DNA from: Tubulanus polymorphus | Taxonomy: Eukaryota > Animalia > Nemertea | Direction of reading: 5' to 3' | Assembly (NCBI RefSeq): GCF_964204645.1 | Contig: NC_134032.1 | Location: 16,232,275 to 16,296,274, forward strand | Length of the DNA stretch: 64,000 nucleotides | Shown: piece by piece, positions 48,197 to 58,948 of the stretch | Numbering within the stretch: the stretch's first letter is position 1 | Layout: every line of letters begins with the position of its first letter | The notes under the pieces: model-generated | Told to the model about the DNA's origin: nothing | Database searches by the model: none | What the model saw: the letters and a program-made list of their open reading frames with translations, nothing else | Program-made: the position numbers and the translations under genes

Positions 48197-51100
48197 CTAT
48201 AAACAATAATAGAATGTTAGATGAAATATTACATGTATTTATTCTTATTCAAAGAACTTCCTGTTCCCGAAATCAACAGTCAGATTATATTCTGGAGGAC
48301 TCAGTTTCATTGTTATCATTTCTAATTTGACGTAAATACCCCAAACACGCTTCCACTCAACCCCGTTTAAAGTAAAATGATAAATAACAAACCTGTATTT
48401 CTGTTTCTCACGTTCCTCCGCTGTCTGATCAACACGGCGATAGCTATAGCAGCCATTATTACTAGAATCAGAAAACCGATCCCGAAAACAACTGTCAAAT
48501 AACTGATTCTATCTGTATCCGTATCTGTATCTGTATCTGTATCTGAAATACAGATTATGAAACTCATCTATATCAAACAGGTTCAAATTACAGACTTAAG
48601 TTTACATATTTAAATTTTACTATTTTCATCGTATAGCTACCTTTAATCCGCCATAGAAGTTTAAACCCAGCACCGCTTCCCGAGTTGTCTGATGTAAACT
48701 GTATTGTAATATTTCCAGTGTGGGATCGATTATCTGGAGCAGCCGACCCGCAACACTGATTACTCCCTGATGAGGAAATAAATTTGATAAAACTTTACGA
48801 ACCATAAGAATCATTCACGTTGTGAAGAGTGTTAAGATTTTTACCGGTTTCACTTTTTATCGTCAACGCGTCCCGGCAACGACCTTTACTTGTCTGTATA
48901 TGAAACTTCAAGTCAAACGATATTTCAACAATCTGCAAAAATATAAATGTAATTCAAAAGTGAATTTCAAAAATTCAAAAATTGTATTGTCTGCAGAATG
49001 TAGGACCCGTTCCTGTAGTTCAGTTTTAACTTTAACCCGGAGTTATCAGTTGAACTAAACCCCGGAATAAAGTTAAAACTGATTCTAATCCCAATGAACC
49101 TCGTGCTCAAAATCTGACGAATTCATTTTTTCCTAACAATTATTTATATATTTACCCTGTTTTCAGGTGTTTGGATTAACCAGCTACAGTCCAGTCTGAG
49201 GTAGTAGCCGTTCGGGTAGTTAGGGCTGGATATGACGCCTGATGTACCATTCTGTATTATAGGTGTTTTACTACATGAATCAACTACAAATAAATATTGA
49301 ATTGAATTGTTTTATATGTAATTTACTGAATCCATGATAAACTTCTCATTATGCTCAGCTACCTTTCACAAATTTCCAATGGAGTTTAAACCCTTTATGG
49401 TAGCTACTAGAATTGTCTGATCTAAACTGGATGTCTACCTCACCGGAATATACACGTGTAGGTGGCGCTGTACTACCGCAATATACATCACCATTTTCTG
49501 CTGTAAAAATAAACACACAAATTAATGATACATTTTCTATCTGGATTTGAAAACACAAATCTATCAGTAGCAGCCACACCGCAATATTCAATACTCCCTG
49601 ATGATGAAATAAATCTGATAAAACTTTATGAATCATAAAAATCATTCACGATGTGAAGAGTGTTTAGATTTTTACCGGTTCCACTTTTTATCGTCAACGC
49701 GTCATAGCAACCACCGCTAGTTCTGTATTCTATACGAAAATACGAGTCGAATGATATTTCAACAATCTGTAAAAATATAAGAATTAAGATTAATAGTTGT
49801 TGATTATAATTCAAAGTGAACCGTCGTATTGTTTGCAGAGTGCAGGACCCGTTTGTATGGATCAGTTTTAACTTTAATCCAGAGTTATCAGTTCAAAACT
49901 AAACCTCGGGTTAAAGTTAAAACTGAATTCAGCCGCCATTGAGCTCCAACTAGTTCAGTAAACCCGACATCATTTTTCTCATAGACCAAATATTTACCGT
50001 ATTTTCAGGTGTTTGGATTAACCATCTACAGTCCAGTCTGCGGTAGTAGCTGTTCGGGTAGTTAGGGCTGGATATGACGCCTGATGTACCATTCTGTATT
50101 ATAGGTGTTTTACTACATGAATCAACTACAAATAAATATTGAATTGAATTGTTTTATATGTAATTAACTGAATCCATGATAAACTTCTCATTATGCTCAG
50201 CTACCTTTCACAAATTTCCAATGGAGTTTAAACCCACTGTAGCTACGATAGCTGCCTGATGTAAACCGGATGATTACACGACCGGTATAGTTACGTGTAG
50301 GTGGCGCTGTATTGCCGCAATATACATCACCATTTTCTGATGTAAAAATAAACACACAAATCAATGATACATTTTCTATCTGGATTTGAAAACACAAATC
50401 TATCAGTAGCAGCCACACCGCAATATTCAATACTCCCTGATGATGAAATAAATCTGATAAAACTTTATGAATCATAAAAATCATTCATGTTATGAAGTTT
50501 TACCGGTTTCACTTTGTATCGTCAACGCGTCTAGGCAACGACCGCTAGTTCTGGCCTCTATGCGAAAATTCGAGGCGAATGATATTTCAACCACCTTAAA
50601 AACAATATAAGAATTTAGAATTTAAATATCATTCTAAAAGTTAGTTATCGTAAAGTGTAGGACCCGTTCATATAGATCAGTTTAAACTTTAACCCGGAGT
50701 TACGTATCAGTTCAGAACTTAACCCCGGATTAAAGTTGAAACTGTTTTGACCAAATATTTACCGTGTTTTCAGGTGTTTGGATTAACCATCTACAGTCCA
50801 GTCTGTTGTAGTACTTGTTCGGGTGGTTAGGGCTGGATATGACGCCTGATCTACTATTCTGTATTATAGGTGTTTTACTACATGAATCAACTACAAATAA
50901 ATATTGAATTGAATTGTTTTATATGTGATTTACTGATTCCAAGAGAAACTTCTCATTATGCTCAGCTACCTTTCACAAATTTCCAATGGAGTTCAAACCC
51001 TTTATGATAGCTACTAGAATTGTCTGATCTAAACTGGATGTCTACCTCACCGGAATAGTTACGTGTAGGTGGCGCTGTATTGCCGCAATATACATCACCA

Positions 51101-54100
51101 TTTTCTGCTGTAAAAATAAACACACAAATCAATGATAGATTTTTAGCTGGATCTGAAAACAATTAACTGAATAAATCAAATATATTCCTTAATTTATTCA
51201 TTTGACATCGAGTCTGAAATAGAATGATTCGATTCTTACTGAAGAAGTTTATGGATAATTTGTCGCGGCTGCAATTACGAGTATCACTGTTCGTATTGGA
51301 ATCCACTTGGAAGATAGGATCAAACGATATTTCTACTTTCTGGGAATAGAAATAATCATGATTCATTATTATTCAAATGCGTTCAAACCCTCTATTACTT
51401 GTTACACGGTTATTTAAGGGCTACAGGTAGAATTTAGGATCAAACATGATTCAACTTTTTGAAATAAGAATTATTGAATTTATCAATGATCAAATATTTT
51501 CACACCATTCTGACTGTCATTAGGGGTTACCCGTTATGTGATGTTATAGTTAAACAGTTCAGCAGCCGATTTGGTGTTGGTTCCAAGCTACGTCCTACAC
51601 TAGTCCAAATATTACTGACAAAAACATTTTTGATTATATTTCTAGTTTTTCTAACCGCGAATATATTTCACCATTTCCTGTGTTTTATATTTACCATGTT
51701 TTGTGGTGTTCGAATCAACCATCTACAGCGCAGATTGTCGCCATAGTTACCCGGGTAGTTAGGACTGGTTATTACGCCTGTTCTACCGCTCTGTACTCTA
51801 GACTGCCTGCTACATGTCGAGTCAACTACAAATATTAAATTTATTATCATATGTTATTTACTGATTCCATGATAATAATTTTGTTTGATTACTGCTGCAT
51901 ATGAATTGAAATTTTACTTGTTTGAGGAGGACATCCCCGAGCCGTAAGAGCTGTACCTGAAGGGGGATGCCCTCTATGATTTACTGATTCCATGATAAAC
52001 TTCTCATTATGAGCTACCTTTCAAAAACCGCCAAAACAGTTTAAAACCTTTGTAGCCATAAGACCTGTCTGATGTAAACCGGATGATTACACGACCGGAA
52101 TAGTAACGTGTAGGTGGCGCTGTATAGCCGCAATATACATCACCATTTTCTGCTGTAAATATAAACACACAAATTAATATTTTCCAGCAGGATTTAAAAA
52201 CCAAATTTCCCTGATGAAAAAATAAATCTGATAAAACTTTATGAATCATAAAAATCATTCACGTTGTGAAGAGTGTTTAGATTTTTACCGGTTCCACTTT
52301 TTATCGTCAACTCGTCATAGCAACCACTGTTCAGTCTGAGTCCTACACGAAATTTCGAGTCGAATGATATTTCAACCATCTGCAAAAATATATGAATTCA
52401 GCATTTAATTATAGTTTAACAGTGAAGGGTATGTATTGTTTACAGAATGTAGGACCCGATATATACAGAGTGTCTCAGAAAATGTGATACACAATTCATT
52501 AACTATTACATGTAATTTTAGCTATTTTCTTGGAGAGGGGAGGGGGTAAGGTTGGTAGACCTGGATGTTTGCAAGAGGATCGATTGGCCCTAGAGTCAAA
52601 CCAAAAACTGCATATTGTTCCATTGTGTACGTTTATTGTTAAATGACCAGCTTCTGCCTGTTGAGATATTGATCACTAAATCACTGGATTTCACTTGTTG
52701 GGTGGGTATTCTTCTGTGTAAAAACTGAGGTATTCAAAACATATCTAGCAGGAATCGAAAACTTTAGTCTTCGGAAAGTAACAGATTTTGAGAAATACTG
52801 AATCTGATGAGTCAAAATTCTACGATAAAACGTCGATCTCAAGTGTGAAAACAGTTACCATATTGAACAAATCTGGAGCAGCTTAATTTGTAAAGAGGAC
52901 CAACAATTTTATTCAGGAGAAATTTGTCTTTGTTAATTTATGTCATGTCTCAAATCATGTCATATGGCAGCAGATCATTTAACAATACACACAAACAATG
53001 CATGCATTAATCCTTATTTCTTATATTGGTTCAACTCCAACCATTTTTTAAGCTACGGTAACACATTTTTGAGACGCCCTGTATATCAGTTTTAACTTTA
53101 CCCTATAGTTATCAATTGAACTAAACCTCGGGTTAAAGTTAAAACTGAATTCAGCCGCCATTGAGCTCCTACGAGTTCAGTAAACCCGACATCATTTTTC
53201 TTATAGACCAAATATTTACCCTGTTTTCAGGTGTTTGGATTAACCATCTACAGTCCAGTCTGCGGTAGTAGTTGCCCGGATGGTTAGGGCTGGATATGAC
53301 GCCTGATGTACCATTCTGTATTATAGGTGTTTTACTACATGAATCAACTACAAATAAATATTGAATTGAATTGTTTTATATGTGATTTACTGATTCAATG
53401 ATAAACTTCTCATTATGAGCAGCTACCTTTCGCAAACCACCACAACAGTTTAAACCCTTTGTAGCTGATAGAGTTGTCTGATGTAAACTTGATGATAACA
53501 CGACCGGTATAGTTACGTGTAGGTGGCGCTGTATTGCCGCAATATTCATCATTTTCTGCTGTAAAAATAAACACACAAATCAATGATACATTTTCTATCT
53601 GGATTTGAAAACACAAATCTATCAGTAGCAGCCACACCGCAATATTCAATACTTCCTGATGATGAAATAAATCTGATAAAACTTTATGAATCATAAAAAT
53701 CATTCACGTTGTGAATTTTTACCGGTTTCACTTTGTATCGTCAACACGTCCCAGCACCGACCGTAACTTTTGGGCTGTATGCTAAAATTCGAGGCGAATG
53801 ATATTTCAACCACCTTAAAAACAATATAAGAATTTAGAATTTAAATATCATTCAAAAAGTGAGCAATCGTAAAATATAGGACCCGTTCATATAGATCAGT
53901 TTAAACTTGAACCCGGAGTTACGTATCAGTTCAGAACTTAACCCCGGATTAAAGTTAAAACTGTTTTGACCAAATATTTACCGTATTTTCAGGTGTTTGG
54001 ATTAACCATCTACAGTCCAGTCTGCGGTAGTAGTTGCCCGGATGGTTAGGGCTGGTTATGACGCCTGATGTACCATTCTGTATTATAGGTGTTTTACTAC

Positions 54101-55858
54101 ATGAATCAACTACAAATAAATATTGAATTGAATTGTTTTATATGTGATTTACTGATTCCAAGAGAAACTTCTCACTAATGACCTACCTTTCACAAACCGC
54201 CAGAACAGTTTAAACCCTTTGTAGTTATAAGACCTGTCTGATGTAAACAGGATGAGTACAACACCGGAATAGTAGCGTGTAGGTGGCGCTGTATTGCCAC
54301 AATATACATCTGCCGTAAAAATAAACACACAAATCAATGATAGATTTTTAGCTGGATTTGAAATCTGTAAACTGAAGAAATCGCAGATATTTCTTCATTT
54401 ATTCATTTCACATCGAGTTTAAGATTAAATTGTTCGATTCTTACAGTTGTTATATATGGATACTTTGTCACGGCAATGACCACTTGTCGTATTGCGTTCC
54501 ACTTCGAAAATAGGATCAAACGATATTCTTGACACCTAAAAATAGAATCAGTCACGTGGTTATCTAAGGGTTTCCCGTAGAATTTAGGATCAAATCAAAT
54601 TCAACTTTGAACTCTGCAAACTCTGAAATAAAATTAATTTGATTGTTTTATTATTTCTGAAATATTTTCACTACATTCTAACTGGTAGTAATGATTAAGG
54701 GTTACCCCTATTGATAATGCATAACGTGATGTAATAGTTAATCAGTTCAGCGCCCGATTTGGTGCTGGATCCAAGTTCCGTTCTACACTTGTCCAAATAT
54801 TACTGACAAAAACATTTTTGATTATTTTTCTAGTTTTTCTAACCGCGAATATATTTCACAATTTCCTGTGTTTTATATTTACCATGTTTTGTGGTGTTCG
54901 AATCAACCATCTACAAGACAGATTGTCGCCATAGTTACCCGGGTAGTTAGGACTGGTTATGACGCCAGAAGTTCCGTTCTGTTTTCTACCTGGCCACTCG
55001 CCGCTACAACTCGAGTCGATGTTATCTGCCCAAACTGTATAGAAAAATACCCGTATCTATGAACTTATAAAGCGGTAGTTAGTAGGACTAACTCAACTGA
55101 TTATGAATTTAGTTAGCCTTCGGGTCGAAGTTAATACCAGTCTTTAAATGAGGACTGGTCATCAGTTACCACACCACATTGATCACCAGGACACCACACC
55201 TGACTAGTCACCAGTCACTGGACTTGTCACCAGGTCACCACAGCTGACTAGTCATCAGTCACCACAACTAATTGGTCAGACCATGACCGGACAAACTACA
55301 TCAAACTTTATGGTCTAGTGGTTAGCGTGATCGCCTGCCACAGTGGAGGTCCCGGGTTCGAGGCTGAGGATAAACTCCTCCCGCTAAGTGCTGATGATAA
55401 GTTCCCGCGTTAGAAATATCATTTGATTTTGATTAATTAAATATGTTATTAATCTTTTAAATTATGTATATTGTGGTTTTAAAACCTACTGTCTAGTTTG
55501 ACCGGCGCTATTCTACCAATAGGTAGTTGCTGTTTTGAGAAAATTCATTCCTTTTTTTTAAATAAACAACTGTCCTTGAAACGAGTCCCGGAACAACGCG
55601 TCATACTGGCCGTTCAGTGAGGTAATAAAATGACGGTTTGAGACCATTAGTTTAGAGAGTTTCCCAGATCGGCACCTGCACAGCAGCACTGATCAAACAG
55701 TTCTAACCTATGTGACGGCACTGATCTCAATAATTTAACTCTAAAATTCTTAATCAACAAATTTAATCAGTATTAAGTGATATTGTTCACTTACCTTGAG
55801 AATTCTCGACGAATAAAATTACAGCGACCACAAACAAACTCTTCATCATCAACTCCAT
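46576..55858 (-). CDS. Type-I transmembrane protein: signal peptide + 7 CUB domains + TM + acidic Tyr-repeat cytoplasmic tail (~1280 aa, 27 exons)
   Basis: Exons 5'->3' on minus: 55858-55795, 55034-54883, 54535-54445, 54309-54187, 54109-53982, 53813-53723, 53558-53427, 53347-53220, 52379-52289, 52152-52018, 51825-51695, 51339-51240, 51107-50970, 50890-50763, 50594-50504, 50336-50205, 50125-49998, 49766-49676, 49500-49363, 49283-49156, 48932-48845, 48766-48641, 48542-48393, 48196-48159, 48069-47548, 47453-46892, 46598-46576. Total 3849 nt, all GT-AG, frame continuous. CUB hallmarks C..SGVI[ST]SPN[YH]P..Y...L.C.W.I, I.F..F....C.D.L.I and YCG...P.....I.F.SD....GF.L.W occur 7 times. Confidence 0.85.
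48393..48542 (-). CDS. Transmembrane exon
   Basis: DTDTDTDTDR-ISYLTVVFGIGFLILVIMAAIAIAVLI-RQRRNVRNRNT: hydrophobic helix followed by basic stop-transfer residues; phase 1-1. Confidence 0.88.
48641..49283 (-). CDS. CUB domain 7, membrane-proximal (3 exons)
   Basis: ...SPNYPNGYYLRLDCSWLIQTPENR/IVEISFDLKFHIQTSKGRCRDALTIKSET/GSNQCCGSAAPDNRSHTGNITIQFTSDNSGSGAGFKLLWRIK. Confidence 0.85.
49363..50125 (-). CDS. CUB domain 6 (3 exons)
   Basis: ...SGVISSPNYPNSYYRRLDCRWLIQTPENT/IVEISFDSYFRIEYRTSGGCYDALTIKSGT/AENGDVYCGSTAPPTRVYSGEVDIQFRSDNSSSYHKGFKLHWKFVK. Confidence 0.88.
50205..50890 (-). CDS. CUB domain 5 (3 exons)
   Basis: ...NSRSGVISSPNHPNKYYNRLDCRWLIQTPENT/VVEISFASNFRIEARTSGRCLDALTIQSET/ENGDVYCGNTAPPTRNYTGRVIIRFTSGSYRSYSGFKLHWKFVK. 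Confidence 0.88.
50970..51825 (-). CDS. CUB domain 4 (3 exons)
   Basis: VDSTCSRQSRVQSGRTGVITSPNYPGNYGDNLRCRWLIRTPQNM/KVEISFDPIFQVDSNTNSDTRNCSRDKLSINFF/ENGDVYCGNTAPPTRNYSGEVDIQFRSDNSSSYHKGFELHWKFVK. Confidence 0.88.
52018..53347 (-). CDS. CUB domain 3 (3 exons)
   Basis: ...SGVISSPNHPGNYYRRLDCRWLIQTPENR/MVEISFDSKFRVGLRLNSGCYDELTIKSGT/AENGDVYCGYTAPPTRYYSGRVIIRFTSDRSYGYKGFKLFWRFLK. Confidence 0.88.
52466..53081. mobile_element. Non-autonomous Tc1/mariner-type DNA element in a CUB3 intron
   Basis: TA|cagagtgtctcagaaaatgtg ... cacatttttgagacgccctg|TA; paralogous introns (~49850, ~50665, ~53885) lack it. Confidence 0.8.
53427..54109 (-). CDS. CUB domain 2 (3 exons)
   Basis: VDSCSKTPIIQNGTSGVITSPNHPGNYYRRLDCRWLIQTPENT/VVEISFASNFSIQPKSYGRCWDVLTIQSET/AENDEYCGNTAPPTRNYTGRVIIKFTSDNSISYKGFKLLWWFAK. 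Confidence 0.88.
54187..55034 (-). CDS. CUB domain 1 (3 exons)
   Basis: CSGEWPGRKQNGTSGVITSPNYPGNYGDNLSCRWLIRTPQNM/VSRISFDPIFEVERNTTSGHCRDKVSIYNN/YVYCGNTAPPTRYYSGVVLILFTSDRSYNYKGFKLFWRFVK. Confidence 0.88.
55150..55345 (+). mobile_element. Second, older copy of the 24-bp repeat + tRNA-derived element, in intron 1 of the CUB gene
   Basis: Degenerate gtcaccagtcaccacacctg units, then tggtctagtggttagcgtgatcgcctgccacagtggaggtcccgggttcga. Confidence 0.6.
55795..55858 (-). CDS. CUB receptor exon 1, signal peptide
   Basis: MELMMKSLFVVAVILFVENSQ|gtaagt; continues VWA-DNIDSSC in exon 2. Confidence 0.8.
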
Positions 55859-57239
55859 ATTCAAACAGATACCCTCGATAAATACAAAACAACTAACTTT
55901 GAACTACTACCAAAAAACTGCGCCTTTTCACAGAGACCGATATGATCAACTTTATAAATCAGAAAACTGAGTTGGTCTTTAAATAGTAATTTTATTTCCT
56001 TGTTTCAATCTAGAAACGATAAGAATCGCTGTTGTCACTCCGCCAGCATCATCATCATTTATCACCATTCTATGTTCATGTAAATATCACTATTTAGAGA
56101 ATTATTAAGGATTAAATTGTCTCTCCATCATCACACTCAGTGTAACACAAATAGATAAAGCCAAAAACCACATAAACAGGATCTTCCTTATGTACATTTG
56201 ATAAAATTAGTATACGATAAATAATAAAAACTTTGAATCAAAGAACTGCATTTTTGATGATAGTTTAATTTCCTTAATTATCTCTCTGATTTATAGTATA
56301 ATCACCAGGATAATTATCTGCCCATAAGGAAACACAGACACTGGTGCTGCGGGATATTGATATAAACTGATAAAACTAAAAGACGATGAATAATCAAAAC
56401 TTTGAACTAAACAAAACTGCATTTTTTATGATAGTTTAATTTTCCTTAATTATCTCTCTGATTTCTGTTCCGGGATATTGATATAAACTGATAAATCAAA
56501 CTATGAATAAAACTTTTAAATAAAAACCAATATTTCGATGACTTCGCGATCATGCGTCCCGTGTCAAACCCGAAATAAAACAAGGAAACAAAAGTCTAAA
56601 TTACTCCGAACATTCAGTTTTACATTAAGGGTTTGACATATATGTTGGTTTTATTTCTATGATACGTAAAGACAATAGTTCAGTTTTCTCCTAAATACAA
56701 TTCAGTCAGTTGTTATAAACACGGTAATAACCGTTTGAAGTTTTCTCCTATAAATACGATTCAGTCAGTTGTTATAAACACGGTAATTACTGTTTGAAGT
56801 TTTTAGTGCGTTTTTGATATTTGTCAATTTTTCATCGTGTCTTTAACATTGTTTTATTCCTATGATAGAATGTTAAGACAAAAATAGTTAACTGATTTAC
56901 GGTGGATAGTGGTAGATTTGACTACTTGTCTCATAAGTACAGCTCCATTACTCCGATGTAGCTGCTTTGTACTAATAGCGAAAGCTACACGATGCGTGTT
57001 CGATATTTTTCAATTTTATATTGTGTCTTTCTCATTGTTTTGTTCCCATGATAGAACGTTAAGACAAAAATAGTTAACTGTTTTATTCTGGATAGTAGGA
57101 GTTTTCACGTATAGGTCCGACTAACGGACATCCGTTTCCACCTGGCCCGAAACCGTGAAGCATTTTCATTCACCGGTGATTCGAACTCACTTTGCAAGCG
57201 CCGGCGTTGCCCATGACACCGCGAGTCGTTACCGACCTG

Positions 57240-57430
57240 AATCCGGTAGTACCAATCACAGCACTTGTAACAAATGACATTAAGTGTCCGACCAATCAGC
57301 GCTCGCTTTAGGGTTTGCGGAAGCGAGTAAGGAACTCTGGCAAGCGAGGATGACCGTGAAGTAGAAACAGAATCTGTTGTCTACGTAGTCCGAACCCGCA
57401 GTTCGCTACCAATATTCCGGAACCAATCCA
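57240..57430. promoter_or_regulatory. Promoter-like CpG-rich patch (may be a repeat terminus)
   Basis: ACCAATCA at 57251 and 57291, GCGGAAG at ~57317, ACCAAT at 57408 and 57422. It also contains actctggcaagcgagg, shared with the 43.9 kb foldback. Confidence 0.3.
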
Positions 57431-58124
57431 TCTGACATTGGATAGTTTAGACGCGGCACCGGAACAAACGACAGCATTAACCGAGGGTTGGGACTTACAG
57501 AAAACACGTGCAAACCCTTTTCATCGTGTTCTAAAACTGTCCAAAACTAAAACTTGAACGGGTTTTGTTTGCGATGGAAGAGTTTGAACGGGTTTGAAAT
57601 CAGAGTCTGCGGCTGGGAATCACAGTGGTTGAAACTCACCGAGGATCCCGCGATAAACAAACAACACGATAATACATATATTTATTGATGTACATCAAAT
57701 TGATACAAGAATTTCATCATCTTGTGGAATTATTCAAACAGGTTTAGCAGCATCACAGATTACTACAAATAATACATATATAACATTTATACAAATAAAT
57801 ACAAACTCAGATACAACGATTCATCGGATTTCAACAAATATATAGAATTTTGTCCCAAGTAAAACAATTTGATTAATTTCACATTTATATCGGTTATAAC
57901 TAAGAGATTTTCACGGTCCCGTGAAGTTCGGGTTGATTACGTCTATTGTCCAAAATAACTATCTATAACAACCACCTTTTAACTGTTAAGGTTTAGTTAG
58001 GTTAAAGGATAATTAGTACTTATTTATGTTAGGTTTAGAAGAAATCAAAAGGTGGCTGTAATTGATAGGATTGAAGACATGTGGCGGATGATTAAAGACA
58101 AGAATACATGAGAAGTTTGGATTG

Positions 58125-58345
58125 GGGGATGGGGTTGAGGGGGAAAGGGGATGAGTTGAGGTGGGGAGGGGGATGAGTTGAGGTGGGGAGGGGGATGAGT
58201 TGAGGTGGGGAGGGGGATGAGTTGAGGTGGGGAGGGGGATGAGTTGAGGTGGGGAGGGGGATGAGTTGAGGTGGGGAGGGGGATGAGTTGAGGTGGGGAG
58301 GGGGATGAGTTGAGGTGGGGAGGGGGATGAGTTGAGGTGGGGAGA
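58125..58345. repeat. 22-bp G-rich minisatellite, ~9 copies
   Basis: gggggatgagttgaggtgggga. Confidence 0.95.
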
Positions 58346-58445
58346 GGGAGAGGGGATAAATGCAAGATGGTTGAGTCATTACATAAACAAATTGACACAA
58401 TGACAGTTTAATAGAATATTCTCATTTCAATGTCATTTGCAGTCC

Positions 58446-58948
58446 GTTGAGTTCACCAGACAGTATCACTGGGGGTAGATTCTAGGATGTTGAGTTCACC
58501 AGACAGCATCTCACTGGGGGTAGATTCTTGGATGTTGAGTTCACCAGACAGTGTCTCACTGGGAGTAGATTCTAGGATGTTGAGTTCACCAGACAGTATC
58601 ACTGGGGGTAGATTCTAGGATGTTGAGTTCACCAGACAGTATCACTGGGGGTAGATTCTAGGATGTTGAGTTCACCAGACAGTATCACTGGGGGTAGATT
58701 CTTGGATCTTGAGTTCACCAGACAGTGTCTCACTTGGGGTAGATCCTGCAGCACTTGGATGTTGAGTTCACCAGACAGTGTCTCACTTGGGGTAGATTCT
58801 AGGATGTTGAGTTCACCAGACAGTGTCTCACTGGGGGTAGATTCTGCAGCACTTGGATGTTGAGTTCACCAGACAGTTTCTCACTGGGAGTAGATTCTGC
58901 AACACTTGGATGTTGAGTTCACCAGACAGCATCTCACTGGGAGTAGAT
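58446..58948. repeat. 43-53-bp minisatellite array 1
   Basis: ggatgttgagttcaccagacagtgtctcactgggggtagattct(a|gcagcactt). Confidence 0.93.

Noticed and set aside
51925-51974. Hairpin ggacatcccc...ggggatgccc as a ribozyme or ncRNA
   Set aside because: Single 10-bp imperfect stem with no recognisable catalytic core; probably a repeat remnant.
49455-54292. CTCF-like GTAGGTGGCGCTG in each CUB c exon
   Set aside because: Explained by the codons for TAPPT and lacks the 5' CC.
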